DNA of 63,621 bases, filler included, from Bipalium vagum (GCA_037834085.1; 3 parts of 3 records of this genome joined end to end with filler, not necessarily neighbours in it), one strand, 5' to 3'; positions 40,201 to 51,575 are shown, counted from the first letter of the whole stretch. Made by a program: numbers and translations. Notes: generated by a model from the letters alone, not told the origin.

Positions 40201-43200
40201 AAACACAAATCTACAGACCTTTATGACCGCAATTACATAAATTACGTTTAAAGGTAAAGCGTATCACCGCTTTTTTCTGCTCTTTCTTTTGAAATTTTCA
40301 ATAAAATATTCTTAAATTTACGAATAACATCAATAACCTTGTTTAATTGCTTGTAAGCTTTCTGTACAACTCCCTATCTAGGAAAAATAAAAAAATGATT
40401 AATAAAAGAATTAATCCACAAAATATGGTCACTAACATCCGATTATAAGCAAATAAATAGAGTTCAACATAATCAAGGAAAGATTAATAAGAAACGCGTG
40501 TCCAGGCAGAAAAATAGAAAAGATCATTAATGATACCGTTTTGAATTTAATTACGTGAAAAAATATTGAAAAAGACCATCAAAATCTAAATGAAAATAAA
40601 AAAATAAGTTTGAAAAGGTCGTAAAAATACAATTTTCAAAAGGATTTAGAGCTTTCAAAAAAGCAATAGAAAAGGCTGCAGATCATGAGAATTTAAAATT
40701 AATATCATCAACAACGAAAACTAAGAATTGTTTAAAAATCAAAAGCCATACACCAATCGGGTTGCGAGCTAATATCGTGTATCAATCGAAATGTCATGTA
40801 TATAATAACCTATACATAGGAGAGATACAGTATCATCTGAAAACACGTATTAGTGAGCATTCAAAATCAAGCATAACTTGTAAAGTCTTGGATTGCTTAT
40901 TAAACTGTAGTGAAAGAAAGTGCAAGTTTAAAGAAGAAGAATTTAGTATCATTATGGGAAATTTTGATCATAATGACGAACGAAAGATCTGCAATCATTA
41001 TTAATCAAAGAAGGGAAACTAAATATCAACATCCAAACGAGAGAGGGTAAAATCCAATGGATTTCTAATGTTTTCTGCGATTTATGAAAACGATAATTTT
41101 ATCCAATAATTAATTTTGAAGACGGTTTTGACAAGGTCAAATTTCCAAAGTATTGCAGGTTGGAAAATTGTCATTTTGTAGGCAAATGTTTTTAATTAAA
41201 ATTTTGACAATAAAAATGTCATTTGGATATTAAGAAAAAATATAAATGTTAGTGAAACTTAATTTTAGCAACACTTTTAAGTACAATCTTTATTAATCAA
41301 TGTTTTCAAGGTGACATTTTTTTATTATATTTACAAAATGATTTTAGGACTTTATTGAAAAAATTAAAGCAGATATTTTTATGTTATATAAGAACACGTG
41401 TCCTCATAAAATTGTTATTATTATTTATTTTTTTAATCTTTATATTATATTTTATGTGAAGAAGAATAAATATTTAAAGTTTTCAAATTAAATTCACCTA
41501 AAATTAAATAAATCAATAAGTCAATAAATTATCAATTATTTAATAATGTTTTCTTAAATATTTATTTGAATATTGACCCAATGCCCTTTTGTATTTTTGT
41601 GCTATTAAAAAGTATAAATATAAATCACTTATTTATGTTACGATTTTACAAATAATACATAAATCATTCAAGAATAATTTACGGTTCAAAAATGTAACCT
41701 GAATAAATATTCAGAAGGGAAAGAAAGAATACTGAAGAAACTAGGGAGGATATAAATATGGTATAAAAGAAAGAATGGTGGAGAACTCCATGAGAGAAAT
41801 TAAGAAATGATATCTTAATACAAACCAAAATTCGTCTTTCAAAATAGGTAGGTTCAAAGTTATTAAGGTTTACAATGCTTCAATAGATTCATAAGCATTC
41901 AACTTTTATCAAATTCTTTTATATTTTCTACATCAGCAAGAGTTATTCAAACCTTCAACCAGGAAGTAGTACTATCCCAATGAACAACCATTTTTGCCTA
42001 AGCATAAATTCTAAATAAAATCAATAGTATTGGTGTATATGAAGTATATTGGTACTCTCTTAATAATAATAAAAAATTCCGGATATCTTTGTTTCTATTT
42101 ATTCATTGGGGTTAGATCATTTGGTAATGATATGTATTTTCAAACAAATAGACATCGCTCGCATTAAATAATTAGTCATCGGTTGGGATTTCAGGAACCA
42201 CATAGAAAAGATGATTGTCTGTTGTTTTGACATTAAAAGAAATTAGCAGGCACAGCAGTGAGTTCCAAAGACGAAACTACCAATAAGTACACTTTAATGG
42301 TAAAGTATTCAGAAAGAAAATTGGTTCAAAATCATTGTCTGAGAATATCAAGCCATTGAATGTGAAAGATCAAACGAAACTGATCAATAATCTTTGAAAA
42401 TTTCTATCACATTTTCGATTTTCGATTACCGATATTTATTTTTTTGAAATTATAATTACTGATTAAAAATATTGATTTTCATTCTTTGTCATTTATGCCA
42501 TGTGACATAATTTTCAATACTGAAGATTTCATATCAGATCCTTGATCAAGTTGTATAATAAATCAATATTATATAATAGAGACGATGTTACTGATAACTA
42601 AAAGGGTCGGGGTTTGATAATATCACTCTCATATTGAGTAATATTTTGATAATTAAATATTAATTAATTGAATAAGTCTTCTATTTCTAAATTTTTTAGG
42701 AGCAAATTTTGCATATTTAAATAAAATTTTCAATTTTTCGATGTAACATTTTTTAATTTTTACTAAAATTAAAATTCAAACAAAATTAAAATATATTTGC
42801 AAAATTAATTAATTATATCAGAAAATTTTACCAGGCACATTTGATAGAAGTTTTTTATATGATTAATAATTAACTAACCATCAGTGGTAGTGACTAAAAT
42901 GAACTCTAACACATAAAGTGTGCACCAAAGGTGTAGGTAAGAGTAGGAAACTACGAAAGGGTTTTTGAAATAACTCATGGATGAAGTTGTTTATGTATTC
43001 CAAAACATCACTTCGAACCTTATCATTCAGCTTTATATTAATGAAAATAGAGTACTTAATTGAAGTCGAAAAAACATTTATGAACATGGTGACCCTAACC
43101 CAATATAATTTTAAAAGGCTCATAAATAAACATAAAATTCTTTGATGAAAATGAAGTCTGATACAAAGGAAGGATCAAAAGAAATCTAAATGAAAACCAC

Positions 43201-46200
43201 ACAGACCTTGAACTGGAAAGGGAAACAAGTATCACCAGGTATCGGACCTTGATTGATCATCGTGTTATAATGACTATCAGTAATCAAGAAAAAAAACGGT
43301 TATTTTAAATATAAGCAACCATAGAGATGATTGTCTCTGTTCCAATAATGAGAAAGACGGCCAAAAGTTTTAGGTTTGCTACTAAATCAAAATCTGAAAC
43401 AAAAATTTTAGCCACTTGACACTACGTTACCATCTTAAATTAATTAATTATTTGGCAAGAAAACCCGAGGCCACATACTTCTTCGTTAAATATGTGCAAG
43501 CTCAATTAGCTTAATATTGAAATGCTACCCCATCCATCTTACTCACTGGACCTTTCCCCTACTGACTTTCAATTTTTCAAACACCTGAATAATGTCATTA
43601 AGAACAAAACTTTTGCTGACCAAGGATCAGTCGAAAATTCCTTCCAGTGTAGAAACACTGAGCCTTTCTAAAGAGGGCATACATCAATTTCTATCACGTC
43701 CGTTTTTTTTAAATCAATTTTTTTAATCAATATTTGGTCCGACTTAAATAATTATTGCATAATTTTACTTTGGCAACTTCATATGAAACAACCTAATACA
43801 CTCCCTATCAAAATCTTCCTTCTTCTTTTAACATTTATTTAAATTATTATTATTATTTATTAAAAATCTGCCAAGCCTCTCAAAAATTTAAACAACTTCA
43901 TATCAACTATTATTTGTTGAATTTTACTTAGATGGATACTGAATGTATTAATACTTTCCAGAACTATCGAATTCAACATCAGATCTCAATGGGACCGCGG
44001 AGCTTGATAAAAATTCGAAACAAAATGATTCCAAAGAAATGGAAGATAGCAGTAAGCAATGCTCGGAAAATTACTTTATATTTTATATATAAACTTCTTA
44101 AGATTTAATATAATAATATTATTATTTTATTATTGAATGATAATAATTCTCTCAAAATAAAAAAGGACATTAATAATAATAAAAAATTAAAAAAAGAAAT
44201 ATTATATATTTTTATAAGAATTCTTATTATTAGCTTTGTTAAATTGATTTAAAATTTGCTACTGTATCACCAGTCAAAATTGAAGAATCAAGAGGGGCTT
44301 GTGACGGCCAGGAAGATGCATTTTCGGAAAAAATAGTTCATGATAACCCAACGGTGAAATCAAACTTGGCCGATAACCTTTTCTCCCATTCCACAAAACC
44401 ATATCTTTCATCGTGGCAAGACAAATACTCCGATAGTCTTTCGTTGGACAATGATGATGGAAAAGCAGACTAAAGATTAATTTAAGTAATTCTATTTTGT
44501 TCATAAATGAATTATATCTTTTCCCTCACCGTTAAATTTTGTTTAAATATTATAACTAATTAATACTTTGATGTAACTATTTGATTTTATTCGATCAACA
44601 GAAGCAAATTTTATAAAAATTATAAATAATTTAAGTACAGTGTAACGAGCTTACACATTTTATTTATCACAAATCAATATTCGACCAAAACGGTGCCATT
44701 TTATCTTACTAATATAAGAACTGCATATTATCAGTCGATGGGTATCTATTCTCTAATGTTAAATCATGTGGAACTTATTTGCTTAACTACTACCTATCCT
44801 CAATCTGATACAAATTCTTTCTTATTGTTTATTCGTTGGTATTACATGTCAATCCAAATTCTTTAGTTGTCAGACTCAATTGGTTTTTTCAAGTCATCAT
44901 TGTTTATGGAAACTGGTCTCCGATCTGGGTTCATTCTTCTGATTCTCATTACGTGACATTAACTTTTGGAACCAATTACGACTAATTCGTTCTTTAATTA
45001 ATCTTCTCTAATTACTTAATAAAATTTTCGACACGTTTCTGACCCATTGGATCCAAGGTTGAATTCGTAAAGTAAACAAGGACGGATGAATAACTTTCTG
45101 TTGACCATTTTAACTTATAAGAAATATAAAAATGCTATTATAATTTATTTAAATATAAACAAACATATTTGACTTAAAGTAATGTATTCAAACAAATTGT
45201 TTTGTACAGGAAATAAAATATTCAATGAAATGTAAAATAAAAGACCGACAAATTTAATTGGACACCGAATAGATAATTTAGTTTTAGTATTATTTTATTA
45301 ATATACAATATTTGAAATGAACAGAGTTTCCATAAAATCTTCTTTTAAAGAAATTTTGCATTGATTTTCTTAATATCACTTTTTTTTCTTAATTTTATAA
45401 AGTTATCCATTCAAATACGTTAGCTTTAGCACATTCTACACCAAACATTACAACAAAAAGATGAATATATTATTTATATAAGAGGTCTATTATTGATGTT
45501 AACAAATATTCTTCTGAAATGGCAATCGATAAGATTTAAATCTTGGTAATTTGTTTATATGGATTAAGAGTAGAACAATTAATTTAAATGATTTTAAATA
45601 TAATGGCTATTTTTTTAATGGAAGAAAAAATCAAAATTGTTCTTAGATCAGTCGATATAATAATCCATTGTGCTATAAGATCAGAGGATATTTTTGGTCC
45701 ATTCTTTTTCAAAAATATGGTCATTGGTGAGTCATACCATGTCGTGGGTAACAACTTTTTTGCCTAAAGTAACAAAGAATCGAAGTACTTACAGCACGGT
45801 TGGACATCGGCCGAATATTTTCATATGGTAAAAACTGACTGGAGAGAACACTGACTAATCCCTGGATTGGAAATTAAGGTTCAGTTGATTTACCTTATCG
45901 TTGACCCAATCGAGCTTCATAGACTTCTTTTTGTGGAGTTTACAGAGACCGACTTGCTACAATAATTGAGCTTAAGGGCAGAATCAATTATGGCTGCAAT
46001 AAGGTCGACATTGGAAAGTGTAAGCCAACATGTCTAAATGTGGTGTGTCTATAAAGACATTGTCTGATTATATACTGGCGCCAGGTTGCTAAATTAAATT
46101 TTATATTTTTCAAAATAAAAAATATTCCAATCAATGAATTAGAGGACTTCACATCTTTGTTATACGCATATTAAAATATATAAAGTGAAAACATGTTGAC

Positions 46201-46507
46201 CCTTTATTTTATAATCATTATTTCTACATTTCTTTTCATTACTCTGTCAAAATAATTAATGACATGTATGAAAAAGAAATTAAAAGTTTTAATATTTAAA
46301 TGTAGAAAAAAGTAGAAAATCAATTATTCCTAAAATCAATTATTTAAATTAATGTTGAATTTTATTCATTTTCAATTGGGAGTTCAAAAATAATATCATA
46401 ATAGAGAGTATAAAAATTTAAAAATTAAGAAAATGTAAAAATAAAAAATAAAAATGAAAATTTAATTTTAAAAATTTTTTTCATTCACTATAGAAGCAAA
46501 ATTGTAA
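19674..46507 (+). CDS. MAP7: MAP7/ensconsin-like microtubule-associated protein; join(19674..19713,22432..22628,22686..23022,27024..27101,27171..27201,27682..27854,27902..27999,30980..31296,31549..31801,37308..37545,43962..44051,46494..46507), 1866 nt, about 621 aa
   Basis: All introns are GT-AG, phases are consistent and there are no internal stops. N-terminal basic coiled coil (KERKLKEIRKKAIENKKRNEEKHKLVEERRLRML), ensconsin-like FGFGSSAPR, MAP7-domain halves TDDEYKQRLALQRKLAKEKKRLE and LERKKRLDSIMSRIK. First exon, 31-nt exon and last exon are tentative. Confidence 0.72.
19920..20343 (-). mobile_element. mariner 5' remnant
   Basis: MLSSKIEQRVILKFLVKLNKTPT N-terminus. Confidence 0.6.
21224..21470 (-). 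mobile_element. mariner 3' end remnant with TIR
   Basis: TIR-like ttaggtaaccaaaaatgcttgtgcgtttt next to a degenerate transposase C-terminus. Confidence 0.5.
21560..22130 (+). mobile_element. mariner transposase remnant
   Basis: LKRLIDENPKQST, ERIVASDEKWVEYTN, ILQHDNAKS. Confidence 0.8.
22432..22628 (+). CDS. MAP7: MAP7-like exon: N-terminal coiled coil (putative microtubule-binding helix)
   Basis: Acceptor ttttattttag, donor GAG|GTGATT; K/E/R-rich helix. Confidence 0.75.
22686..23022 (+). CDS. MAP7: MAP7-like exon with FGFGSSAPR motif
   Basis: Follows a 57-bp intron in frame; donor A|GTAAAT. Confidence 0.75.
23095..23260 (-). mobile_element. mariner fragment related to the 54782-55908 element
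   Basis: gtgattcattatgaattc shared with 55403-55420; encodes VIHYEFIKPSLSTTAEIYC. Confidence 0.65.
25309..25548 (+). mobile_element. maT/DD37D-like element, 5' end
   Basis: TA followed by TIR CAGGGTGCATCGTATAATCGCGGAC; MNINDKRQVLVVLLQAKKSVNEIMDILKV at 25459. Confidence 0.6.
25550..25985 (-). mobile_element. Tc1-like transposase remnant
   Basis: LDESHFNL, SVIFWGAI, MHDNA and a degenerate WPAxSP, in order. Confidence 0.65.
25990..26310 (+). mobile_element. mariner 3' remnant
   Basis: LPDLSPTD, FYRIGINKIVTRREKCVQ; TIR ending acaacctaata. Confidence 0.7.
26494..26765 (-). mobile_element. maT/DD37D-like internal-deletion mini-element, about 270 bp, both TIRs present
   Basis: Inverted GCGTCGTATAATCGCGGA repeats at about 26502 and 26739 enclose the C-terminus AWSNLSEEYIFISCFRFRSRVQAVIDADGGLIE*. 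Confidence 0.7.
28185..28240. repeat. (AAT)n microsatellite, followed by AT-rich degenerate repeats to about 28450
   Basis: About 18 perfect AAT units read directly. Confidence 0.95.
28600..29900 (+). mobile_element. Gypsy-like pol remnant (RT/integrase traces)
   Basis: CEFLK*KV, FHELYQG (HxGH-like) and ISDS (SDNG-like) traces; heavily decayed. Confidence 0.35.
30980..31296 (+). CDS. MAP7: MAP7-like exon, N-terminal half of the MAP7 domain
   Basis: Open frame VKEKKQKK...LTDDEYKQRLALQRKLAKEKKRLEMEK; acceptor ttttag, donor CA|GTAAAT. Confidence 0.75.
31549..31801 (+). CDS. MAP7: MAP7-like exon, acidic linker
   Basis: Phase-2 acceptor tttttag matches the upstream exon; donor GAG|GTAAAA. Confidence 0.7.
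31948..32680 (-). mobile_element. mariner remnant
   Basis: TIR-like ends (tattaaggtagtaggaaaata and ttttcccgactcaccga); degenerate HTH region VDGFNVFEVAMR. Confidence 0.5.
32746..34285 (+). mobile_element. DD37E (ITmD37E-like) Tc1/mariner-superfamily element, defective
   Basis: TIR cores GGGGTTTAATGTTGCGTTTT (32758) and revcomp at 34266-34285 match at 18/20; VIDDETW; FWAEMASSHYS...RPIGTFW with exactly 37 residues between the second and third catalytic positions (now E and G). Confidence 0.8.
35390..35740. repeat. AT-rich low-complexity tract, (TTA)n and (TATTTAAT)n-like
   Basis: Almost pure A/T degenerate tandem units. Confidence 0.8.
37308..37545 (+). CDS. MAP7: MAP7-like exon, C-terminal half of the MAP7 domain
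   Basis: LDRLERKKRLDSIMSRIKK resembles MAP7 ERKKRLEEIMKRTR; phase 0 in, phase 1 out. Confidence 0.78.
38040..38520 (-). mobile_element. Possible Penelope-like RT remnant
   Basis: LVDVENF (SFDVxSLF-like) trace only; many stops. Confidence 0.3.
39743..39850 (-). mobile_element. Penelope-like 3' tail (inverted pseudo-LTR)
   Basis: 39743-39812 is the reverse complement of 41114-41185 with scattered mismatches; preceded by an LLI..KPSM endonuclease C-terminus trace. Confidence 0.65.
40098..40380 (-). mobile_element. Second, diverged 3' fragment of the DD37E family
   Basis: Its reverse complement matches 34040-34230 (tcataaaggtctgtaga, tattcgtaaat.taagaat, ttgaaaatttcaa). Confidence 0.75.
40440..41200 (+). 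mobile_element. Penelope-like element 3' part with GIY-YIG endonuclease
   Basis: NIVYQSKCHVYNNLYIGEIQYHLKTRISEH (VY..C..YIGET.R.L..R..EH) and SLLIKEGKLNINIQ, then the 3' tail. Confidence 0.8.
42950..43798 (+). mobile_element. mariner (cecropia-like) remnant
   Basis: WQENPRPHT, IEMLPHPSYSLDLSPTDFQFFKHLNN; right TIR ...tgaaacaacctaata. Confidence 0.8.
44270..44450 (-). mobile_element. mariner C-terminal fragment
   Basis: YRPSLISPLGYHELFFPKMHLPGR (YSPDLAP..LFPKMK..L.GR-like). Confidence 0.5.
44690..45271 (-). mobile_element. mariner 5' remnant with TIR
   Basis: Degenerate N-terminus (CLLYEF.LG) and TIR-like aatttaattggacaccgaata. Confidence 0.5.
45600..46090 (+). mobile_element. rosa/DUF4817-type Tc1-mariner remnant
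   Basis: CAIRSEDIFGPFFF and DFFLW motifs. Confidence 0.65.
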
Positions 46508-46938
46508 CATTTTTTATTATTTAATTAATTAATAATTAATTTATAAAACCTAATACCACTTATAAGCCTGAAAGTCGGTAATTATGGGTTTCATTATAAA
46601 CAAATAAAATAGTCAATACAAACCTTATGGTAACAAAACCATTTGGTAACAATAATTAAAAAGAATAAAATGATTATACCATTATATAAAAAAGATCAAC
46701 AGAAAATAAATTGGCTTTTCCGGGCTTTTATAATTGATGGATTAATAGAAATTTTGTGAAATTGTACTCATTATTGTTCTCGTTTTTATTTGCCTTTTAC
46801 ATTAATATTTTGTGAAAAAGGGTCTCGAAATAAATTTATAAAAATTGAGTCAAGGAGAAAAGAAATTATATAGATAAAGTTTATGCTTATGACAAAGACA
46901 AATAAATATAATATAATATAATAGAATAGAATATAATA

Positions 46939-47038
46939 NNNNNNNNNNNNNNNNNNNNNNNNNNNNNNNNNNNNNNNNNNNNTTAATTAATTAANNNNNN
47001 NNNNNNNNNNNNNNNNNNNNNNNNNNNNNNNNNNNNNN
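46939..47038. other. Assembly gap linker N44-TTAATTAATTAA-N44
   Basis: Identical to the linker at 15724-15823. Confidence 0.97.
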
Positions 47039-47539
47039 ATAATAAGAATAATAATAAGAATAATAAATATACGAAAAAACTTTTTTCGGATAAATATTTT
47101 AAAATGATATCCAATTTATGTCTCTATAAAATACGTATATATTTAAAATCAGAAAAATCGAAAGAAACCATTTTAGAATTTCTTTTGACTTGTCTCGTTT
47201 TAGTGACGAAGTAAAATAAATAGAAATTTAATAAGTAAATAAACAATTTTCATGAAATCAGAAAAGCCAATCTTGTCAATTTAATAATATTTGTGTAGCT
47301 TTTATTTTTGTTTTAAGCATGGAAATTCAATTTTGGAAAACATATGAAATAAGAAATTTTAGTTTTATTTATTTTTTTTTAAAATATTTTTTTCAATTTA
47401 AACAATAAAATCTTTTTACTGAATAAATGAAAAAATCAATTATGATAAGTAATGAGTTTGTTTACTAAATCATTTTATTATTTATTCTACTAATCTTAGT
47501 CTCCACTTTCATGATTTCAGTATTTATTATTAATTCAGT

Positions 47540-48090
47540 GTTAGGATAATAATTCTTCACCAAGAAAACGGTGGTGGTTAAGCCCAGTTGAAGGGTCTAT
47601 TCCGACTCCAAAACCAAAAATGTACACCCGAAAAGATATACTATGTATGTGGTGGAACATGAATGGCTTAGTTTACTTTGACGTGCTGAATCACATGTGC
47701 TCTGTACACAGAACAATTAGATCGCGAATATCAGACGCTTCAATTACAGAATATGGATACGACAAGATAAATTTTACAGGGGATAACGTTTGATCACACT
47801 TGGAAAAAATTTTAAAAAATGGTTGAAATCGGACTACCACACATTCAGATTAATACAACATCTAGTTGGGTGGAATAAAATTCAAACTATTGAAGTAAGA
47901 CTTTGAGTGTCCGAATACTTCCTACCTCAGAGAAGTGAATTCTTTGGGAATGGCACTCATTCCCTTCGTGAACAATGCCGAAAGGCATTGACATTATTGA
48001 AAATTGTCTTTTAGATCAACATAAACATTTGTTTTTTTCAGCCTAAGAATTAGTTTTATAAAAATACAAGCATCTTATTCTAACTTAAAA
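47540..48090 (+). mobile_element. mariner remnant
   Basis: LCMWWNMNGLVYFDVL and ILQGDNV*SH. Confidence 0.65.
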
Positions 48091-48169
48091 ATATATAATA
48101 TTTTTTCTGGGGAAATAGCGGCTTTGAATATTATAAAAATTAATGAAGTAGTTGCAGTTTAGAAACGAA

Positions 48170-48600
48170 TGATTTCATTTTTATTGGTAAGGACAGCTGA
48201 ACCCCGCGTTCTTCCCAAAATTGTTTAGTGGTGCACTCGGGGTCTCTCCGATTATCTTTCTTAATGGGTTAAACCATTTTAAGAATACCTTTAGTCTTGA
48301 CAAAATACCTGCAAAATTTAAGATATCACAGGGTTGTGAAAAACAAATGTTTTTCCCAAATATATTTTTATTCAATCAATAAATTCATCATTTTTTGCTC
48401 AAACTAATCTCAGTTGAAAAATTCATTATTTCCATACACAATATTCCCGTTTTCCTTGATTTAATTGACCACCACATAGAACCATTAAATTATACCTCTT
48501 TTCTTGTGATTTCTTTTCATATAGATTTATTCTCTTACTTTTAATTGCTATTTGGAATTATTCCGATAATTATGCACAAAAAATAATTTTATCATTCGCC
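48170..48600 (-). mobile_element. Tc1-like remnant
   Basis: Degenerate MWW and FNPLRK (DLNPIE-like) traces. Confidence 0.35.
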
Positions 48601-49959
48601 AAAAGAAAAACAATTAAAAGAGCTTTAATAAGAGTAATTTTTAAAAAATTTTAAAGCAAAAAGGTAAAAATTATTTAAAAACCATTATAAAAATATTGAA
48701 TTAACTCAACTATAAACCTCTTTAAGGAGAACGCTCTAATGTGGCATTCTTCAGACTAATTTCTTCACAGAGAATTTGGGGACATTCCTAATGGAATGGT
48801 GCGATGAAATTATGAAAATCAAAAAATACTATAAAATCCAAAAAACATAAATGCCCCTTCTGTCATTTGAATTAACAGTTGGAAATCTGGTCATTAAATA
48901 CAATGATTAATTACACCAATAAAAATAATGTTTCCTTTCTGAAATTATAGGCCTCCAGAGACATGAGTCTTTATTGCGAGTCACATTAAAAATATGGAAA
49001 AACTTTGTCAAATATGGATAAGAAAAAGAAAATAAAAGATTTGTGCAGTCTTCAAAGAGAGAAAAATCAGGAAAATACGAAAACACAAAAATAATATAAT
49101 ATAATTTTTCATTATATATTTATATTGTGAAAGTATAACGAATCTTCAAAACATAATCGATTTAAAATTTTATTTTATTAAAAATAATTTTTATTAGTAA
49201 TAACGCCTGGAGGAAAAAAAAGAAATATATTTTTATTTCACAATAAATAACCAATAATAATTCGGACATTATCAACATTAATCTCTGAACCCATACTGGA
49301 CTATTTTGCTCTAATATAACATGTCTTCATAAATCACTAAAAGCATATTAAACTGTCATTTGAAGCTTATAATCTTACCATAGTTTACATCTTCGGTTAC
49401 AGTTACTCTAAATGAATGTCCGAGTAACTACTTAGCGAGTTGATAAATGTCCTTGTGCGACGAACAATGTATAGTTGGCTGTTTCGCTTACAGATGAGGC
49501 AGTTATGATAATTGGAAAAAAAATCTTGTGAACATCAAGAATTAATCTCAAAAATATTAAAGAGTTTGATTTTATTTTAATAATATACACTTTAAGATTT
49601 GTTACTTTAATTTATACAATAATAATATATTAATAATAATATTTTAACTTTTTTATTACGAAATATTAATATAATTGTTTCCAGTGTATTACAGCTTTAT
49701 GCATAAATATATTATACACTTCATAAATAAAAAAATATATATATTCATTTATTTATTTATTTAACGAAAAAACAGAATTTTTAAAATAAATTCTTTTTTT
49801 GGTAAAACCATATTGAAATGATTTTTCATATTTCTGCACCAATGGAATGTGTTATGGTGATGCAAAAGTTTGTGCTCAAAATTATTTACTAACTTATTTA
49901 CAATAATAAAAATATTCTTCGAAAAAGTCCACCATCTTTAATAATCTGCTAGGATTCTC

Positions 49960-50270
49960 ATCACCTCTAGCGTTTCAAAATCTGTGATGCCATTGTTGTA
50001 GGCCAATTTGTCGAGGTCTGCAAAATGGCCAGCCATTTTGATCTCGCCATTTGATTAAAATCTTTGTCCAGTGAAAAATGTCTTCAGGTTTCTGAACATA
50101 CAAAAATTGACGGGGCCAGATTTGCCGAATAGGGTGAGTGTGAAACTAATTGAAAGTGTAACTTTTTAATTTTTTCCTTTGAAACTTTAGATGTGTGATC
50201 AGGTGCATTATCATGGTGGAAAACAAAATTTTTCTCGATAGATCTGGGCGTTTCTCACGAGTATGCTGGA
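49960..50270 (-). mobile_element. mariner 3' remnant
   Basis: FHHDNAPDH and FQLVSHSPYSANLAPS. Confidence 0.8.
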
Positions 50271-51466
50271 ACAGTTTATACTTTATAAAATTCGTTCAAA
50301 ATATTTATTAATAATTTTTGTAAGAATCAGATAAAAAATTCTGCAAAATTCAGAAATATTTTTAAATGTATCCGTCTTCTGGCTGAAATTCACCAACGTC
50401 TTCAGACTTATCAGAAACCCTATTCGAACGAATTTAATTTACATTTTCCAATATTTTAATTATTATTATCATTATTATCGTTGGTAAAATCAAGATCGGG
50501 GTGTATGTCTGTTATAAGGAATTATTTTAATCTCATGTTTACGGACGTGTTTATTAAAACAAAAAAAAACTCATAACTATCACTGAGTTTCGTATAGAAA
50601 ATTCTAATAAACTTTTATTTTCCCTCTTTTCTTTCAGGCTTGATTTGTGAGATAGAATTAAAAATTTAATTTCCGTTTCATGAAATAAGACTGAATGATT
50701 GGAATTGATTTGGGATTGTTTCATTGAATAAATTGGTAGGGCAAATAACTGTGATTAAAATGGGTATGAAAACATGACAATATTAAAACAACAGACCCGA
50801 CTTTGAGATTCACATTGTACAAAGTCCCATCCATAATTTAGGAAACGGGTTGATTGATATCCTGTTATTAAAATCTGATCGGAATTTTCGTTATTCCGGA
50901 GATTCTATTATTGCAAGCTAAGTGGAGCAATGATAAAATTATATTTTACTTTATCATTTCCCGGTGTATTTTCGTATTTTGCTTTGCTGAGAGCATTGAC
51001 GTCTTAAGTATATCTGCTAGACAAGATTTCAATAAACCACTTAGGATATTGATTGATTGTTGCTGAAGTTAAGTGTTTTTTGTAATGTCCCAACTGTTCT
51101 GATCATTGCAAAAAGTAATTGTAATTGAATGTTTTATTGAATAAAATAATATCGCTCTAATGTAAGTTTAGAGTATTCTCCCAATCTTATTTTAGTAGAG
51201 CATACTTTTTATGGATTTTTTTCAGTTAATTTCACTGTGTTCTCTGAATACCCTTTGGCTTACGAAATATTTTAAAACTTTGACAGATTGATTTTCTTCT
51301 TAGGTTTCATTTTAGTTTTCTAAAAATATTAAATTTCGATATTTTAATAAACATTTTTTCATAGTTATGATAGTTTCAAAATTATTTTCTGAATATTCGA
51401 CGAAATTCAAAAATTATTTTACGTTAAATAATTAAAAATATATTTTTTTAATCAAATACAAAAATT

Positions 51467-51575
51467 ATTAATAATAAAAATAATAAAAATAATAAAAATA
51501 ATAAAAATAATAAAAAAATAATAAAAATAATAAAAATAATAAAAATAATAAAAATATTAAAAATAATTAAAAAGA
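51467..51575. repeat. (AATAATAAA)n 9-bp tandem repeat
   Basis: About 10 units read directly; source of the spurious Ile/Phe/Leu ORF 51448-51675. Confidence 0.9.
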
